A stretch of DNA of 64,000 nt from an uncultured delta proteobacterium (GTDB taxonomy: Bacteria > Desulfobacterota > Desulfobacteria > Desulfobacterales > JAHEIW01), in NCBI GenBank assembly GCA_963706575.1, contig CAVPNL010000004.1, positions 480,001-544,000 of the forward strand. The letters run 5' to 3'. Every line of letters begins with the position of its first letter. Position 1 is the stretch's first letter. Under the pieces are notes generated by a model that was given only the letters and a program-made list of their open reading frames with translations, had not been told where the DNA came from and did no database searches. Positions 44,973 through 56,869 of the stretch are shown here, one piece after another. Made by a program: the position numbers and the translations under genes.

Positions 44973-45639
44973 ATGCAGATCGCAAATAATCTTCACGCCT
45001 TTATCTGGCAGTCTCTGACAGCCAACAATTGCAATGCCTATTTCATTGACGGCCCGACCCGCATATTGATCGACCCCGGTCATCGGGCCCTTTTCGACCA
45101 TGTCGAGCTGGGTTTAAAGGAATCTGGGGCTAAAAACAGATGATATCGATCTGGTCATCTGCACCCATGCCCATCCCGATCACCTGGAAGCCGTCCCGCT
45201 GTTCAAGAAAAATGGCGCTCAATTTACCCTGCATGAAATCGAATGGCAGTGGGCCGCAACTGTCGGCAGGCAAATGAGTGCTAGTTTTGGAATCGATATC
45301 GACACCCTTGCACCCGACTTTTTTCTGCAGGAGGGCGAGCTGTCGCTTGACGGCCTTGAAATGAAAGTCTTCCACACTCCCGGCCATTCTCCCGGCTCTG
45401 TGTGCCTTTACTGGCCGATGCAAAAGGCACTGTTTACCGGGGACTTGGTATTCAAGGAAGGGCTCGGACGTACCGATTTGCCCGGGGGTGACGGTGCCCT
45501 GATCAAAGAAAGCATTAAGCGCATGTCGCTTCTGGATGTTGAACTGCTGTTATCCGGCCACGGCGAAATCATATCCGGCGCCCGGGAAGTAAAGTCAAAT
45601 TTTGAGCAGATTGAAGATTTCTGGTTTCGCTATGTCTGA
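44973..45639 (+). CDS. MBL-fold metallo-hydrolase, frameshifted near 45117-45123
   Basis: first frame NNCNAYFID...ILIDPG; second frame THAHPDH, HTPGHSPGS, TGD, SGHG. Confidence 0.85.
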
Positions 45640-45917
45640 GTTTTATACCGGGCAGAAGTCAGAAGACAGCGGACAGCGCCGCTCACGCCGGTTATGTATT
45701 TAGATTGTTGAATTGGGTTGTATACGCTGTATTCACCATAGTATAGCTTCTCGCTGAGGTGCCGCTGGTGCTGAGCATCATGGCCATATAGCGACGTGGT
45801 GTATACAGAATGTGGTATCCTCGAGCGGCTGCGATCAAAAGACGTTTACCAACCAGCCAAAGTATTAAGCACTTTCATATGCTCGCCACCCTTGTACGCT
45901 GCATAAGGAGATATGCC

Positions 45918-46721
45918 ATGAAATTGTCCGGATTTCCTTGCTCAATTGTGTTAGTGGTCGTTTTAGTAATTATAGGATTTGTTGCAAGCAGCCTTAATGT
46001 TTATAATGCCTCAGCAGAGGAAATAATTTCTATTGCAGCGCATGAGTATTCTCCCTGGGCAGGGAAGAATTTGAAATCCAATGGATTTGTCAACCACGTG
46101 ATTACTGCAGCATTTCAGCGGAAAGGCTATTCTGTCAAGTTTACATATCTCCCATTTAAAAGAGGTGTTATAGAAACTAAAAATGGGCAATATTCGGCTC
46201 TGTCCTATGTTTATTTCAGTAAAGACAGGGAAAAAGAATTTTTTTTAAGCGATCCAATCAGTGAGGAGAAAATTGTTCTTTTCCATTTAAAATCAAATCC
46301 AATTAGAGATTGGAAAACTTTAGATGATCTGAAAAAATACAAATTTGGAGCAACGAGAGAATATACATATACCAAAGAATTTTGGATGGCGATAGAATCA
46401 AAACGATTAAACGTTGATTTAACAGACAACGATATGCAAAATTTTAAAAAACTTTTCGCTGGCAGAATTGATATTTTTCCATCTGGCTTAGTGAATGGAT
46501 ACAGCATCCTTCAAAAAGAGTTTGATCCAGGCAAATCCGAACTATTAACATATCATCTAAAACCATTATCGAATACAACGGGACACCTGGCGTTTACAAA
46601 AAGCAGGCAAGATTCTAAAAATCTTCTGCAGATTTTTAACGATGGGCTAGCGAAACTGAAAAAAGAAGGATTATATGATCAGTTTAGGGATGATTTGCTG
46701 GAAGGAAAATACAGCCCGTGA
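45918..46721 (+). CDS. periplasmic family-3 substrate-binding-domain protein
   Basis: signal peptide; EYSPW, LPFKRG, GRIDIF, FNDGLAKLK; AAGGAG RBS before ATG 45918. Confidence 0.82.
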   Translation: MKLSGFPCSIVLVVVLVIIGFVASSLNVYNASAEEIISIAAHEYSPWAGKNLKSNGFVNHVITAAFQRKGYSVKFTYLPFKRGVIETKNGQYSALSYVYFSKDREKEFFLSDPISEEKIVLFHLKSNPIRDWKTLDDLKKYKFGATREYTYTKEFWMAIESKRLNVDLTDNDMQNFKKLFAGRIDIFPSGLVNGYSILQKEFDPGKSELLTYHLKPLSNTTGHLAFTKSRQDSKNLLQIFNDGLAKLKKEGLYDQFRDDLLEGKYSP

Positions 46722-46780
46722 AAAACTTGCCGGTCAGCACCGGATCAAAAAATGCGGTTACGATGGAATGAGGTGAAAGA

Positions 46781-48427
46781 ATGCAAAATTTAGATTCATT
46801 TAAACCGCGCTCAATCTCCAGAACGCTTTCAGCTGGTTTAATCATTACGCTTGTTTTGGTAGCCGGGTTGAGCCTGGGTGTGAATTTTATTCTCTCCTCC
46901 CGCGAGGCCAAAGCCGAATTGGAAACAAGGGTGGAAGAATATATTTCTGCGTTAACAGATGCTTTGAAAGTTCCGCTTTGGAACTATTCTGAAGAGACGA
47001 TCGAGGTGATTTGTACATCCTATGCCCAAAACGAGCTTGTTGCTAAATTACTGTTAGAGGATCAAAAAGGCGCTGTATTATTTAAAAAGGAAAAAATTGA
47101 CCAACGGCTGGTTGTCGCGCGATCAAAGGATATTCTCTATGAAGGCAACCTTATTGGCCGTGTCCATATTGCGTTGGCTTCAGGCTATTATACCGCCGTT
47201 AATCGACAGCTTTTCCAGTCATTTGGCCTGACCATCCTTATCATGATAGGGACCCTGCTGGTTATGACGAGCGTCCTGTTGCGGCAGTTCTTAAAAAAGC
47301 CGATGTCACGGTTTATCAAAATGGTCGACACCTATGCCGACGGTGAGTCCGATGCGTTCAAACAAGGCACTCCCTACAGTGAGTTTGGTCCCCTCGTCGA
47401 TGTACTCGATGAGATGGGAGAAAAGATCACATCGCAGATGAGATCGATCAGGAAATTGAATGATGATTTAGAAAAGCGGGTGGAGGAGCGAACCGCGGAG
47501 CTGAGGAAACTGTCGGAAGCTATTGAGCAAAGCCCGGTCACGGTGATGATTACCGATAAAAAGGGGACCATTGAATATGTCAACCCGAGTTTTAGTGAAG
47601 TGACCGGTTATTCCGCAAAAGAGGCAATTGGACAAAACCCACGCATTTTAAAATCAGGGAATCATCCTAATTCATTCTACAAAGATCTCTGGGATACCAT
47701 TCTTTCTGGAAGAACCTGGCGGAGTGAATTTCTCAACCAAAAGAAAAACGATGAGGAATTTTGGGAAAGTACTTCTATCTCAGCCATCAAAAATGACGAA
47801 GGCGAAATTACCCATTTCGTTGCGGTGAAGCAGGATATCACCGAACGAAAAAAGGCCGAGGAGGAAATCAAAAATTCCCAACAGCGCATGGCACAAATTA
47901 TTGACTTTCTGCCGGATCCCACCTGGGTGGTTGATAATGAAGGCAAGGTGGTCCGTTGGAACAAAGCTATTGAAAAATTGCTGAATGTAAAAGCAGAGAA
48001 TATGGTTGGCAAAGGCAACTATGAGCATGCGTTGCCGTTTTATGGTGAAAGAAGACCCGTTTTAATTGATCTGGTCCGAAATTGGCAACCCGAATATGAA
48101 GAAAAATATCTGTCGGTTAAAAAGGAAGGCAAAAACCTGATCTCCGAATCGTACCATGAACATTTAGGTGATGGCGGTATATATCTTAGCGCAACTGCCG
48201 GTTTGCTTTACGATGCCACAGGGAAAATCGCCGGCGCCATCGAATCGCTGCGGGATACCACCGAGAGCAAGCACATGGAAGCGGATTTGAGGCGCAATGT
48301 TGAAGAACTGGAGCGGTTCAATAAGTTGGCGATCTCACGGGAAATAATGATGATCCAGCTGAAAGAAGAGATCAACGAGTTGTGCGGTCAATTAAATCAA
48401 GATAAAAAATATAAGATTGTCAAATAA
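46781..48427 (+). CDS. membrane sensor with 2 TM, HAMP-like and two PAS domains; no output domain seen
   Basis: AIEQSPVTVMITD, GQNPRILKSG, DITERK; second PAS IIDFLPDPT; ends in a coiled coil. Confidence 0.85.
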   Translation: MQNLDSFKPRSISRTLSAGLIITLVLVAGLSLGVNFILSSREAKAELETRVEEYISALTDALKVPLWNYSEETIEVICTSYAQNELVAKLLLEDQKGAVLFKKEKIDQRLVVARSKDILYEGNLIGRVHIALASGYYTAVNRQLFQSFGLTILIMIGTLLVMTSVLLRQFLKKPMSRFIKMVDTYADGESDAFKQGTPYSEFGPLVDVLDEMGEKITSQMRSIRKLNDDLEKRVEERTAELRKLSEAIEQSPVTVMITDKKGTIEYVNPSFSEVTGYSAKEAIGQNPRILKSGNHPNSFYKDLWDTILSGRTWRSEFLNQKKNDEEFWESTSISAIKNDEGEITHFVAVKQDITERKKAEEEIKNSQQRMAQIIDFLPDPTWVVDNEGKVVRWNKAIEKLLNVKAENMVGKGNYEHALPFYGERRPVLIDLVRNWQPEYEEKYLSVKKEGKNLISESYHEHLGDGGIYLSATAGLLYDATGKIAGAIESLRDTTESKHMEADLRRNVEELERFNKLAISREIMMIQLKEEINELCGQLNQDKKYKIVK

Positions 48428-48462
48428 AGTGAATAAACAATTTAACCTGGGGAGGAGCAAAG

Positions 48463-48990
48463 ATGTTTAAAGAAGAAAGAGATGAGCTAAAATTCGACTG
48501 GAGCATGATTGGAAATATCGGGGAAGGTCGGCCCAACCTCGGGAATACAATGGATGTGAGCGTTTACCGGCTGATGCAGTTTACACTCAGAGATGTGCTT
48601 ATAAAGCAATTCGACGCTGAATCCGCAGATAGAATATTTTATGAGGCCGGTAAGCAGGCAGGCAAAGAGTTTTGTAAAGAGTTGATCACCCAGAAAGATG
48701 ATTTTAATGAATTTGTGGTCGAGCTCCAGGAGTTACTTAAAAAACTCAAAATCGGCATTTTAAGAGTTGAAGAAGCAGACCTTGAAAAAATGAACTTCAC
48801 GCTGACCGTCGCGGAAGACCTGGATTGCTCAGGATTGCCGGCCAGTGATGAAACCATCTGTACATACGATGAGGGATTTATCAGTGGGTTACTTTCTGAG
48901 TATACCGGGAAAAAGTTTAGCGCCAAGGAAGTCGATTGCTGGTGTTCAGGCGATAGAGTCTGTCGGTTTGAAGCGAAGTCAGTCGCTTAA
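48463..48990 (+). CDS. V4R (4-vinyl reductase) domain protein
   Basis: EDLDCSGLP...[10 protein letters not shown]...[14 protein letters not shown]. Confidence 0.88.
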   Translation: MFKEERDELKFDWSMIGNIGEGRPNLGNTMDVSVYRLMQFTLRDVLIKQFDAESADRIFYEAGKQAGKEFCKELITQKDDFNEFVVELQELLKKLKIGILRVEEADLEKMNFTLTVAEDLDCSGLPASDETICTYDEGFISGLLSEYTGKKFSAKEVDCWCSGDRVCRFEAKSVA

Positions 48991-49001
48991 GGGATAAACG
49001 C

Positions 49002-51779
49002 ATGCTCAATGTAAAAGAAGAAGATATCGATAAGATAACGGAAGCATTTTATCTCATTCTTAAGGGTAAAAAGCCGACACCTATCGAACTGCCCCAAGAC
49101 TATCCGGACAATGAAATCAAGCAGGCGGTAAGCTATATAAACAAATTCATAAATGAATATAACAGCGCGACTGATTCAATTCACACCTTATCCAAAGGTG
49201 AACTAAATCTTGAACCTCCTAAAGGCAAGATGTTAATTCTGCAAACTATAAAACATTTGCATGCAAGTTTAAGACATTTGACCTGGACAACGCAACAAAT
49301 CGCCAAGGGTGATTTCAGTCATGAAGTAGATTTTATGGGAGATTTTTCGGCTGCTTTCAACAGCATGACTCAGCAATTAAAAGATTCCTTCACGGAACGA
49401 AAAAAAACGAATGAAATCCTTCAGAAACGCATCAATGAACTGGATGATGCCCGCCTGGCCATGCTGAACATGATGGAAGATCTCGATGTGGCCAGAAATG
49501 AAGCTGAAGATGCCACTAAGGCCAAAAGCGAATTTCTGGCGAACATGAGCCATGAAATCCGTACACCCATGAATGCCATCATGGGGATGGCGCATCTGGC
49601 TTTAAAAACCGACCTTACCGCCAAGCAGTATGACTATCTGAAAAAAGTAGATATCTCCGCCAAGTCGCTTCTGGGTATCATCAACGACATCCTGGATTTT
49701 TCCAAGATCGAAGCCGGCAAAATGGACATGGAGTCCGTGGACTTCCAGCTGGAAGATACACTGGATAACATCTCTACGCTGGTCGGCATTAAGACCCAGG
49801 AAAAGGGATTGGAGCTGCTTTTTAAGACCGATCCATCCGTGCCGCGGGCGCTTGTCGGTGATCCCCTGCGACTGGGGCAAATTCTCATTAATTTATCAAA
49901 CAACGCCGTAAAATTTACGGATACGGGTGAGATTGTCGTCGCTACCGAATTGGTCAAGCAAGACAAAGCGCAGGTCACCTTAAAATTTTCAGTTCATGAT
50001 ACCGGCATTGGCATGACCGCGGAACAAGCCGCCAAGCTGTTTCAACCTTTTGCCCAGGCAGATTCTTCAACTACCCGAAAATATGGCGGCACCGGCCTGG
50101 GGTTAACGATCAGCAAACGGCTGGCAGAGATGATGGGCGGGGAGATCTGGGTGGAAAGCCAACCGGACCGGGGCAGTACCTTCAGTTTTACCGCCAACTT
50201 GGGCCTGGGAAAAGAGAGAGCGAAAAAACGCTTCAAGCCGGTATCCGAACTGCGCGGCATGAAGGTTTTGGTGGTGGATGACAGCGCCACTTCAAGGAGC
50301 ATATTGCAGGAAATGCTGGAATCTTTTTCATTTGAGGTCTCATTGGCATCGTCCGGGGAGGAGGGAATCTCAGAACTTGAAGCCGCCAGCAAAGATAAAC
50401 CCTTTGAGCTGGTCATCATGGATTGGCAGATGCCGGATATGGACGGGATTGAGACATCCAGGCGCATTAAAAACCACAGGGGTTTATACAAAATTCCAGC
50501 CATCGTTATGGTGACCGCCTACGGCCGCGAAGAGGTCATGCAGCAGGCCGAACAGGTGGGGCTCGAGGGCTTTCTGCTTAAACCGGTCAATCCTTCGATG
50601 CTTTTTGACGCGATTATGCAGGCCTTTGGAGAAGCCGTGCCCGAAACCTCGCGGATTGCGCAGAGACATGAACAAGAAGCCGAGGCTTTGAAGCATATTC
50701 GGGGGGCACAGCTACTCTTGGTGGAAGATAATGAAATCAACCAGCAGGTGGCCAGGGAAATTCTTGAGGGCGCCGGTCTACATGTCACCCTGGCCACCAA
50801 TGGTCAGGAGGCCGTCAACGCTGTAAAGGAAAGCAGTTATGACGCGGTGCTCATGGATGTTCAGATGCCGGTAATGGATGGGTACACCGCCACAAAAGCA
50901 ATTCGGAAGTGGGAGACAGAAGTCCTCAGTCCTCAGTCCTCAGCACTTCCAATTATAGCCATGACGGCGCATGCCATGGCCGGTGATGAGGATAAAAGTT
51001 TGCAAGCCGGCATGAACGGTCATGTGACGAAACCGATTGACCCCGACCAGCTGTTTGCCACCCTGCAGAAGTGGATCAAACCGGTTGCAGAGCGGGTCGT
51101 CGTTCAAAAGTCGCCGGTACGTGATGAACCTGCGGAGCCTGCTCAAACGGTGCCGCTGGAAGAGGACTTGCCGGAATCTTTGCCGGGTTTCGATCTGGCG
51201 GCCGGTCTTTCGCGCCTGATGGGCAACAAACGTCTCTATCGCAAGCTGCTGCTTGATTTTGGCGCAAACTATGGCGCAGTCGCCGGCGAAATCCGTGAGG
51301 CGTTGGCAACCAGGGATTTTGAACAGGCCCATAGTCTGGTTCACAATCTCAAAGGGCTGGCCGGAAATCTGGAAGCCACAGACCTTCAGGCGGCGACCGT
51401 AGCAATGGAAAAACTTGTTAAAGGGCAGGCTGCGGAGACTGCCTCTGATAAGGAACTGAACCAGAAATTAACAGACCTGGAAATTACTCTCGAGCAGGCT
51501 CTGGACGCGGTTCAAACCTTAGGTCCCATGGCTGAAAAGAAAAGCATCGAGAGCACAGCAGAAGAGATGTCATCTGTACCCCCCGAACTGGCTCAGAAGA
51601 TGGCTGACCGCATCAACGCGGCTGCTGAAATGGGAGATATGATGCAAATTAAATCCATTGCCGAAGAGTTGATGTCCGAATCGGATGCCGCGGCACCTTT
51701 CTGCAACAGAATCGTCCGATTAGCGGAAGATTTTGATTTCGATGGTATTCAAAACCTTTTGCTTGAATTAGATAGCTAA
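49002..51779 (+). CDS. hybrid sensor histidine kinase (HisKA-HATPase-REC-REC-Hpt)
   Basis: [31 protein letters not shown], two REC domains, HNLKG. Confidence 0.95.
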   Translation: MLNVKEEDIDKITEAFYLILKGKKPTPIELPQDYPDNEIKQAVSYINKFINEYNSATDSIHTLSKGELNLEPPKGKMLILQTIKHLHASLRHLTWTTQQIAKGDFSHEVDFMGDFSAAFNSMTQQLKDSFTERKKTNEILQKRINELDDARLAMLNMMEDLDVARNEAEDATKAKSEFLANMSHEIRTPMNAIMGMAHLALKTDLTAKQYDYLKKVDISAKSLLGIINDILDFSKIEAGKMDMESVDFQLEDTLDNISTLVGIKTQEKGLELLFKTDPSVPRALVGDPLRLGQILINLSNNAVKFTDTGEIVVATELVKQDKAQVTLKFSVHDTGIGMTAEQAAKLFQPFAQADSSTTRKYGGTGLGLTISKRLAEMMGGEIWVESQPDRGSTFSFTANLGLGKERAKKRFKPVSELRGMKVLVVDDSATSRSILQEMLESFSFEVSLASSGEEGISELEAASKDKPFELVIMDWQMPDMDGIETSRRIKNHRGLYKIPAIVMVTAYGREEVMQQAEQVGLEGFLLKPVNPSMLFDAIMQAFGEAVPETSRIAQRHEQEAEALKHIRGAQLLLVEDNEINQQVAREILEGAGLHVTLATNGQEAVNAVKESSYDAVLMDVQMPVMDGYTATKAIRKWETEVLSPQSSALPIIAMTAHAMAGDEDKSLQAGMNGHVTKPIDPDQLFATLQKWIKPVAERVVVQKSPVRDEPAEPAQTVPLEEDLPESLPGFDLAAGLSRLMGNKRLYRKLLLDFGANYGAVAGEIREALATRDFEQAHSLVHNLKGLAGNLEATDLQAATVAMEKLVKGQAAETASDKELNQKLTDLEITLEQALDAVQTLGPMAEKKSIESTAEEMSSVPPELAQKMADRINAAAEMGDMMQIKSIAEELMSESDAAAPFCNRIVRLAEDFDFDGIQNLLLELDS
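50921..50947 (+). repeat. heptamer array AGTCCTC x3 + AGCACT in frame inside a REC domain
   Basis: agtcctc agtcctc agtcctc agcact, encoding part of [10 protein letters not shown]. Confidence 0.9.
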
Positions 51780-51847
51780 ATCAAATACAACTGGTCTTTA
51801 ATTCCAAGAATAAAAGTATTTCATTCATTTATTTTTTCCCCGGGAGG

Positions 51848-52951
51848 TTGAGTATGATAAAACAGACGTTCAAGCGCATGGTCTGGCTGCTATGCATATC
51901 AGTTGCCCTGACGGCATGCAAAGAAAAAACTGAAATTGTTGAAGTGGTCCGGGCCATCAAGACGATTACTGTCAAGGAGCAGCCTACCGAGAAGATATTC
52001 AAATTTTCCGGACAAGTCGCTGCGGTCGACTCCTCCGGCCTCAGTTTTCAGGTCGGCGGGCAGGTTGAGTCTGTGGAAGTTGACATCGGTGATCGCGTGA
52101 AAAAAGGGCAGGTGCTCGCTGTTCTCGACCCCGAGCCCTACGAGCTGGAGGTCGATGCAACCGGGGCTGAGCTTGTCAAGGCCAGGGACAATGTTACCAA
52201 AACAAAGGCGGAGTACGAGCGCCAGAAGCGGATTTTCGATCAGGGGGCGGGGGCAGAAAGGTTTGTGGAAGTTACAGAATATCAGTACAAGGCCGCTGCG
52301 AGCGCGGTTGATTTTCAGATTGCCAGACTGGATCAAGCCAAACGCAATCTGCGCAAAACAAAACTGATCTCTCCCTACGACGGCATCATCGCCTGGCGGT
52401 CGGTACAGCCCAATGAAGAGGTGGGAGTCGGGCAGAAAATTCTCGAAATTAATGCCAGCGGTAAAATGGAGGTGGAGCTGGCCATACCGGAGACCACCGT
52501 CGACCGGATCCACATCGATGACCCGGCGACGATCACCTTTCCCAACCTGCCGGGGGAGTCCACCAAAGGCCGAATTTCTTACATCGGTGGCGCCGCCGTT
52601 AAGGCCAATGCTTTTCCGGTCAAAGTGGAGCTGATCGATCCCAATGATAAAGTCAAACCCGGCATGACCGCCGAAGCCAGTCTTACGGTAAAAGATGAAA
52701 ACCGGCAGCCCGGTTTCCTGGTTCCGATGCAGGCAGTCCTGCCTTCCCCGGAGCCGGACCGGGGATATGCCTTTGTGTATGACACCCAGACATCGACGGT
52801 CAAAAAAACACCGGTTCGCTCCCGCGGGACAGAAAATAAAAAAGTAATCGTGGACGAGGGTCTGGCGGCCGGGGACATTATTGCTGTGGCCGGTGTGAGT
52901 TTTCTGGCGGATGGGATGAAAGTCAAACTGCTGGAGGGGAACGGAAAATGA
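51848..52951 (+). CDS. RND efflux periplasmic adaptor (MFP), lipoprotein
   Basis: LTAC lipobox; LSFQVGGQV, GDRVKKGQVLA, SPYDG, PGMTA. Confidence 0.92.
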   Translation: MSMIKQTFKRMVWLLCISVALTACKEKTEIVEVVRAIKTITVKEQPTEKIFKFSGQVAAVDSSGLSFQVGGQVESVEVDIGDRVKKGQVLAVLDPEPYELEVDATGAELVKARDNVTKTKAEYERQKRIFDQGAGAERFVEVTEYQYKAAASAVDFQIARLDQAKRNLRKTKLISPYDGIIAWRSVQPNEEVGVGQKILEINASGKMEVELAIPETTVDRIHIDDPATITFPNLPGESTKGRISYIGGAAVKANAFPVKVELIDPNDKVKPGMTAEASLTVKDENRQPGFLVPMQAVLPSPEPDRGYAFVYDTQTSTVKKTPVRSRGTENKKVIVDEGLAAGDIIAVAGVSFLADGMKVKLLEGNGK

Positions 52952-55900
52952 AAGGGATCACCGCATTTGCACTGAATAATTCGCGAACCGTCGTCATGAC
53001 CTTATTGCTGGTAATCTTCGGTGGCGGCTATGCATTTGTCGAGTCTTCCGAAACTGGAAGACCCTTTAATCACGATTCGCGAAGCGCTGGTGGTGGCAAA
53101 ATATCCCGGCATGCCGGTGGAGCAGGTCGAGCGCCTGATTACCCGGCCCATCGAAGAGAAAATCCGGAGCATGGGCGAGATCGATAAGATTAAGGATTCC
53201 ACCTCCAAAGTCGGCGGGTGCCTGATCCATGTGATCCTCAAAGATGAAGTGCCCACCGAACAGCTACCGGCGACATGGAAATTGCTGCGCAACCGAATGA
53301 GTGATGTCAAACCCGAGCTGCCGGCAGGCACCATCGGGCCGATGGTCGACGATACCTTCGGCGATACGTCGGTGGCCACCATCGCGCTCTGGAGCGATGG
53401 ATTCAGCATGGCGGAAATGCATGAAACCGCCCGTCAAATCAGAGAACGCCTCAACATGATAAAGGGCATCCAGAAGGTCGATCTCACCGGGGTGCAGGAT
53501 GAGCGCATTTATCTCGATGTGTCCAGCGCCCGGATTGCGCAGCTGGGAATCGATACCGCCGATATCGGCAAAAGCCTGCGGGAGCAGAACATTGTCCTGC
53601 CCGCCGGCAGGATAAACCTCAACGATGTGGAAATCATCGTAGAGACCCAGGGCCGGTTCACCTCCATCGAGGAGATCGCTGAGGTGCTTATCCCGATTTC
53701 CGGCACCCAGGCCTCGATTCCGCTGCGTGACATTGCAACCATCAGAAGAGCTTACGTGGAGCCGATCGACAATCCGGCTTACTACAACGGCCATCAAGCA
53801 ATTGTTTTAAGTATCTTTATCCTCAGAGGGGTCGATGCGGTTGAGTTCGGCGAGCGCTTGCAGAAAAAAGTCAAAGAGATGGAGGACGCCCTTCCCTGGG
53901 GTTACAGACTCGAATTTGCCACCTACCAGCCCGAGCTCATTCAAAAGGCTGTCAGCGGCATGGTGATCAATGTGATCGAAAGTGTGGGCATCGTCCTGGT
54001 GGTGGTCATGTTGCTGCTGGGGCTGCGAACCGGTTTGATTGTGGGCTCATTTATCCCCCTGGTCATGCTTTTCGGTATCTTGACTATGCGTGCACTGGGG
54101 ATTGATATGGAACGCATGTCGCTGGCGACGATGATTATTGCCTTGGGCATGTTCGTGGATAACGCCATTGTGGTATCCGATGACATTAAAGTCAATATGG
54201 AAACGGGAATGGAACGCAAAGAGGCCGTTTTAAAAAGCGGCGGTTCCCTCGCGGTTCCTTTGCTCACCAGTACGCTGACGACGGTTTTTGCCTTCGGACC
54301 GATTCTGCTCCAGATCGGTACGACGGGCGATTACACCTCCTCGCTGGGTTCGGTGATGATCATCCTGCTGATGGGATCGTGGTTTTTTTCGATGTTTTCT
54401 TCCACCAGCATGTGCTACTGGTTTCTGAAGACAAAACCGGCCGGCGGCGGTGATAAACAACAGCCGCACGATCCGTACCAGGGAAGATTCTATCGGTTCT
54501 ATCGCGGGGTCCTGAAACTCTCCCTGCGCTTTCGTTTCCTGGTGATAGCTGTGACGGGCGGCATATTTGTTCTTGCTCTGTATGCGCTGTCGTTTGTACC
54601 CCAGGCCTTTTTCCCGGGCGGGGACCGCAACCAGTATTTAATTTATCTCGACCTGCCCGCCGGAACGCGCATCGAGGAGACCGACCGGACCGTGAGAAAA
54701 CTCAGCGCCTGGCTGCAGGATAAAGAGCAAAACCCGGAAATCACCGGAACCATCGCCTATGTGGGAAACGGCGGGCCGCGTTTTTTCCTCTCACTGGCGC
54801 CGGTGGACCCGGATCCGTTTGTTGGATTTTTAATCGTCAACACCCAGACCAGCAAAGAGGTGCCCGAACTGGTCACGCGCACGAGCCAATATATTCTGAA
54901 TAATTTCCCCAATGTGCGCGGGCGGGTGAAGTCCATGTGGCTAGGCGGCAGTGAAACCGGCCTGTTTCAAATCCGGCTCAGCGGTCCCGGCATAGCGGTG
55001 CTGCAGGAGCAGGCCGAGCAGTTGATGGCCGCGCTGCGCAAGATCCCCGGCAGCATCGATATCAAACAGGATTGGAACAACCTGGTCATGATGGCCAAGG
55101 CGGATGTCGATCAGGCCCGCGCCCGCCGCGCCGGGGTGACATCGGAGAATGTGGCCAATGCCCTGGACTTCTTTATCGACGGTGCCACGACCACCGATTA
55201 CCATGAGGGCAATGTCGAGATCCCCATCGTGGGACGCGGCGAAAAGGCTGAAAGGGAATCCCCTGAAAGCCTGGGCACGATCGGCATCCGTACTTCATCC
55301 GGCGGCAGCGTTCCGCTCAACCAGGTTGCCGATGCCTATACCGTCGGTGTGTTGAACCGTATCATGCGCTACAATCAGGAGCGCACCATCACTGTCAGCG
55401 CCAAGAACCAGGTGCTGAAGGCTTCCGAAATCTTCGCGGCCCTTACGCCGACACTCGAGGCCATGGATTTTCCGAAACACCACTTCTGGGAATTAGGGGG
55501 CGAGCTGGAAGATTCCGCCCGGGCCAAGAGGAACCTGGCGAAATGGATGCTGCCCTGCTTTGGCGGCATTGTGTTTCTGCTGGTCTGGCAGTTTAACTCC
55601 ATCCGCCGGGCGGCCATCATTATCCTGACCATGCCGCTGGTCATTGTCGGATCAGTGGTGGGCCTGTTGCTGATGCAGGCCGATTTCGGTTTTATGGTCA
55701 TCCTCGGGCTTCTGGCCCTGGCCGGATCGATTGTGAACAACGGCATCGTGATGATCGATAAAATTGAAGAGAACCGTCGTGACGGGCAGACGCCCTATGA
55801 TGCGGTGATCAATTCGGCCGTCAGTCGATTCAGACCGATCCTGCTTTCGGTTTCAACAACCATGCTCGGATTCTCGCCGCTGATCATCAATCGGGATCCG

Positions 55901-56032
55901 CTTTTTTACGGCATGGCATGCATCATGTTTTTCGGCCTGGGCATCGGCAGTTTATTTACGCTAAACTATGTGCCGGCACTATACAGCATCTTTTTTCGGG
56001 TCAAATCCCCGGCAGATAATACGCCAGCCTGA
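52948..56032 (+). CDS. RND efflux permease (AcrB family), frameshifted near 53035-53041
   Basis: N-terminus MKGITAFALNN...GYAF in one frame, SLPKLEDP onward in the next; GMFVDNAIVV, NNGIVMID, RFRPILL. Confidence 0.9.
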
Positions 56033-56096
56033 CCCCAAAAGGGCTCTAAGGCAGCGATACTTCCGCGTATTACTTTAACTATCAAACAATACATAT

Positions 56097-56639
56097 TTAG
56101 CAGAAGTACGCGTCCAGCAGTTTGGTTTTCGCCTGATTGAGTAATGGTTCAAATTTGGCCCGTATCTCCCCGGCTTTCTCTTGCCAGGCTTTGTCGGCTT
56201 CCAGGTTGGGTACGACCGCCGGACCGGAGATAAAATGATCTTTAGCAAGCTTATCCAGTGAAATTTTAGATCGCTCCTGAGCCGCCGCATCAATTGCTTC
56301 ATCAAATTCATGCAAAACCGAAGTGACCCTTTCAATATCGGCAACCTTTAACTGAGCCAGCAGTTCAAACCATGCGTGATTATCGGCTCCAAGTTCGATC
56401 TGCCCGCATATTTCTTTAATCAAGAGTGCGTTTCCTGACAGATCATAGTCTTTTTGCATTTTTTGGTATTCGGATCTCAAATTGTCGGCGTTGAGCGCCT
56501 GGTCTCTAAATTTCTGCAGCAGACCGCGGATACGACTGCCGATCTCTTTATTGATCTGCTCCTTTCTCTCCTCGGAGCTGAGGCTCAGATCCTTGGTTTT
56601 TTCCATTACCAGGTCTAATGTACTTTTAATTTCTGCCAT
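56097..56639 (-). CDS. hypothetical helical protein
   Basis: 180-aa ORF with RBS; MAEIKSTLDLVMEKT N-terminus; no function recognised. Confidence 0.75.
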   Translation of the reverse strand: MAEIKSTLDLVMEKTKDLSLSSEERKEQINKEIGSRIRGLLQKFRDQALNADNLRSEYQKMQKDYDLSGNALLIKEICGQIELGADNHAWFELLAQLKVADIERVTSVLHEFDEAIDAAAQERSKISLDKLAKDHFISGPAVVPNLEADKAWQEKAGEIRAKFEPLLNQAKTKLLDAYFC

Positions 56640-56707
56640 TTAAGTCTCCATAATAAATGAAAAAAAATTAGACCATAATAGCTATTTGAAACCATATTAA
56701 TTGGTTA

Positions 56708-56834
56708 AACTCGAAGAACGAAATCCGAAACAAACCCGAATATCAAATGACAAAAATTCAAAACCGAAGTTTTGGACATTCGAATTTATAATTTTGAATT
56801 TGTTTTGAATTTCGATTTTCGGATTTCGCATTTT
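56708..56834. repeat. inverted degenerate repeat element (CGAAATC / TTCGAA family)
   Basis: cgaaatccgaaacaaacccgaatatcaaatgacaaaaattcaaaa ... ttttggacattcgaatt...ttgaatttgttttgaatttcgattttcggatttcg. Confidence 0.82.
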
Positions 56835-56869
56835 TAAATAAATTATGGCAATATTTAACAGATCGTTTA

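Noticed and set aside
45676..45697. Integron attC right end (gccgctcacgccgGTTATgt)
   Set aside because: No matching RYYYAAC left end or integrase was found; the resemblance alone is insufficient.
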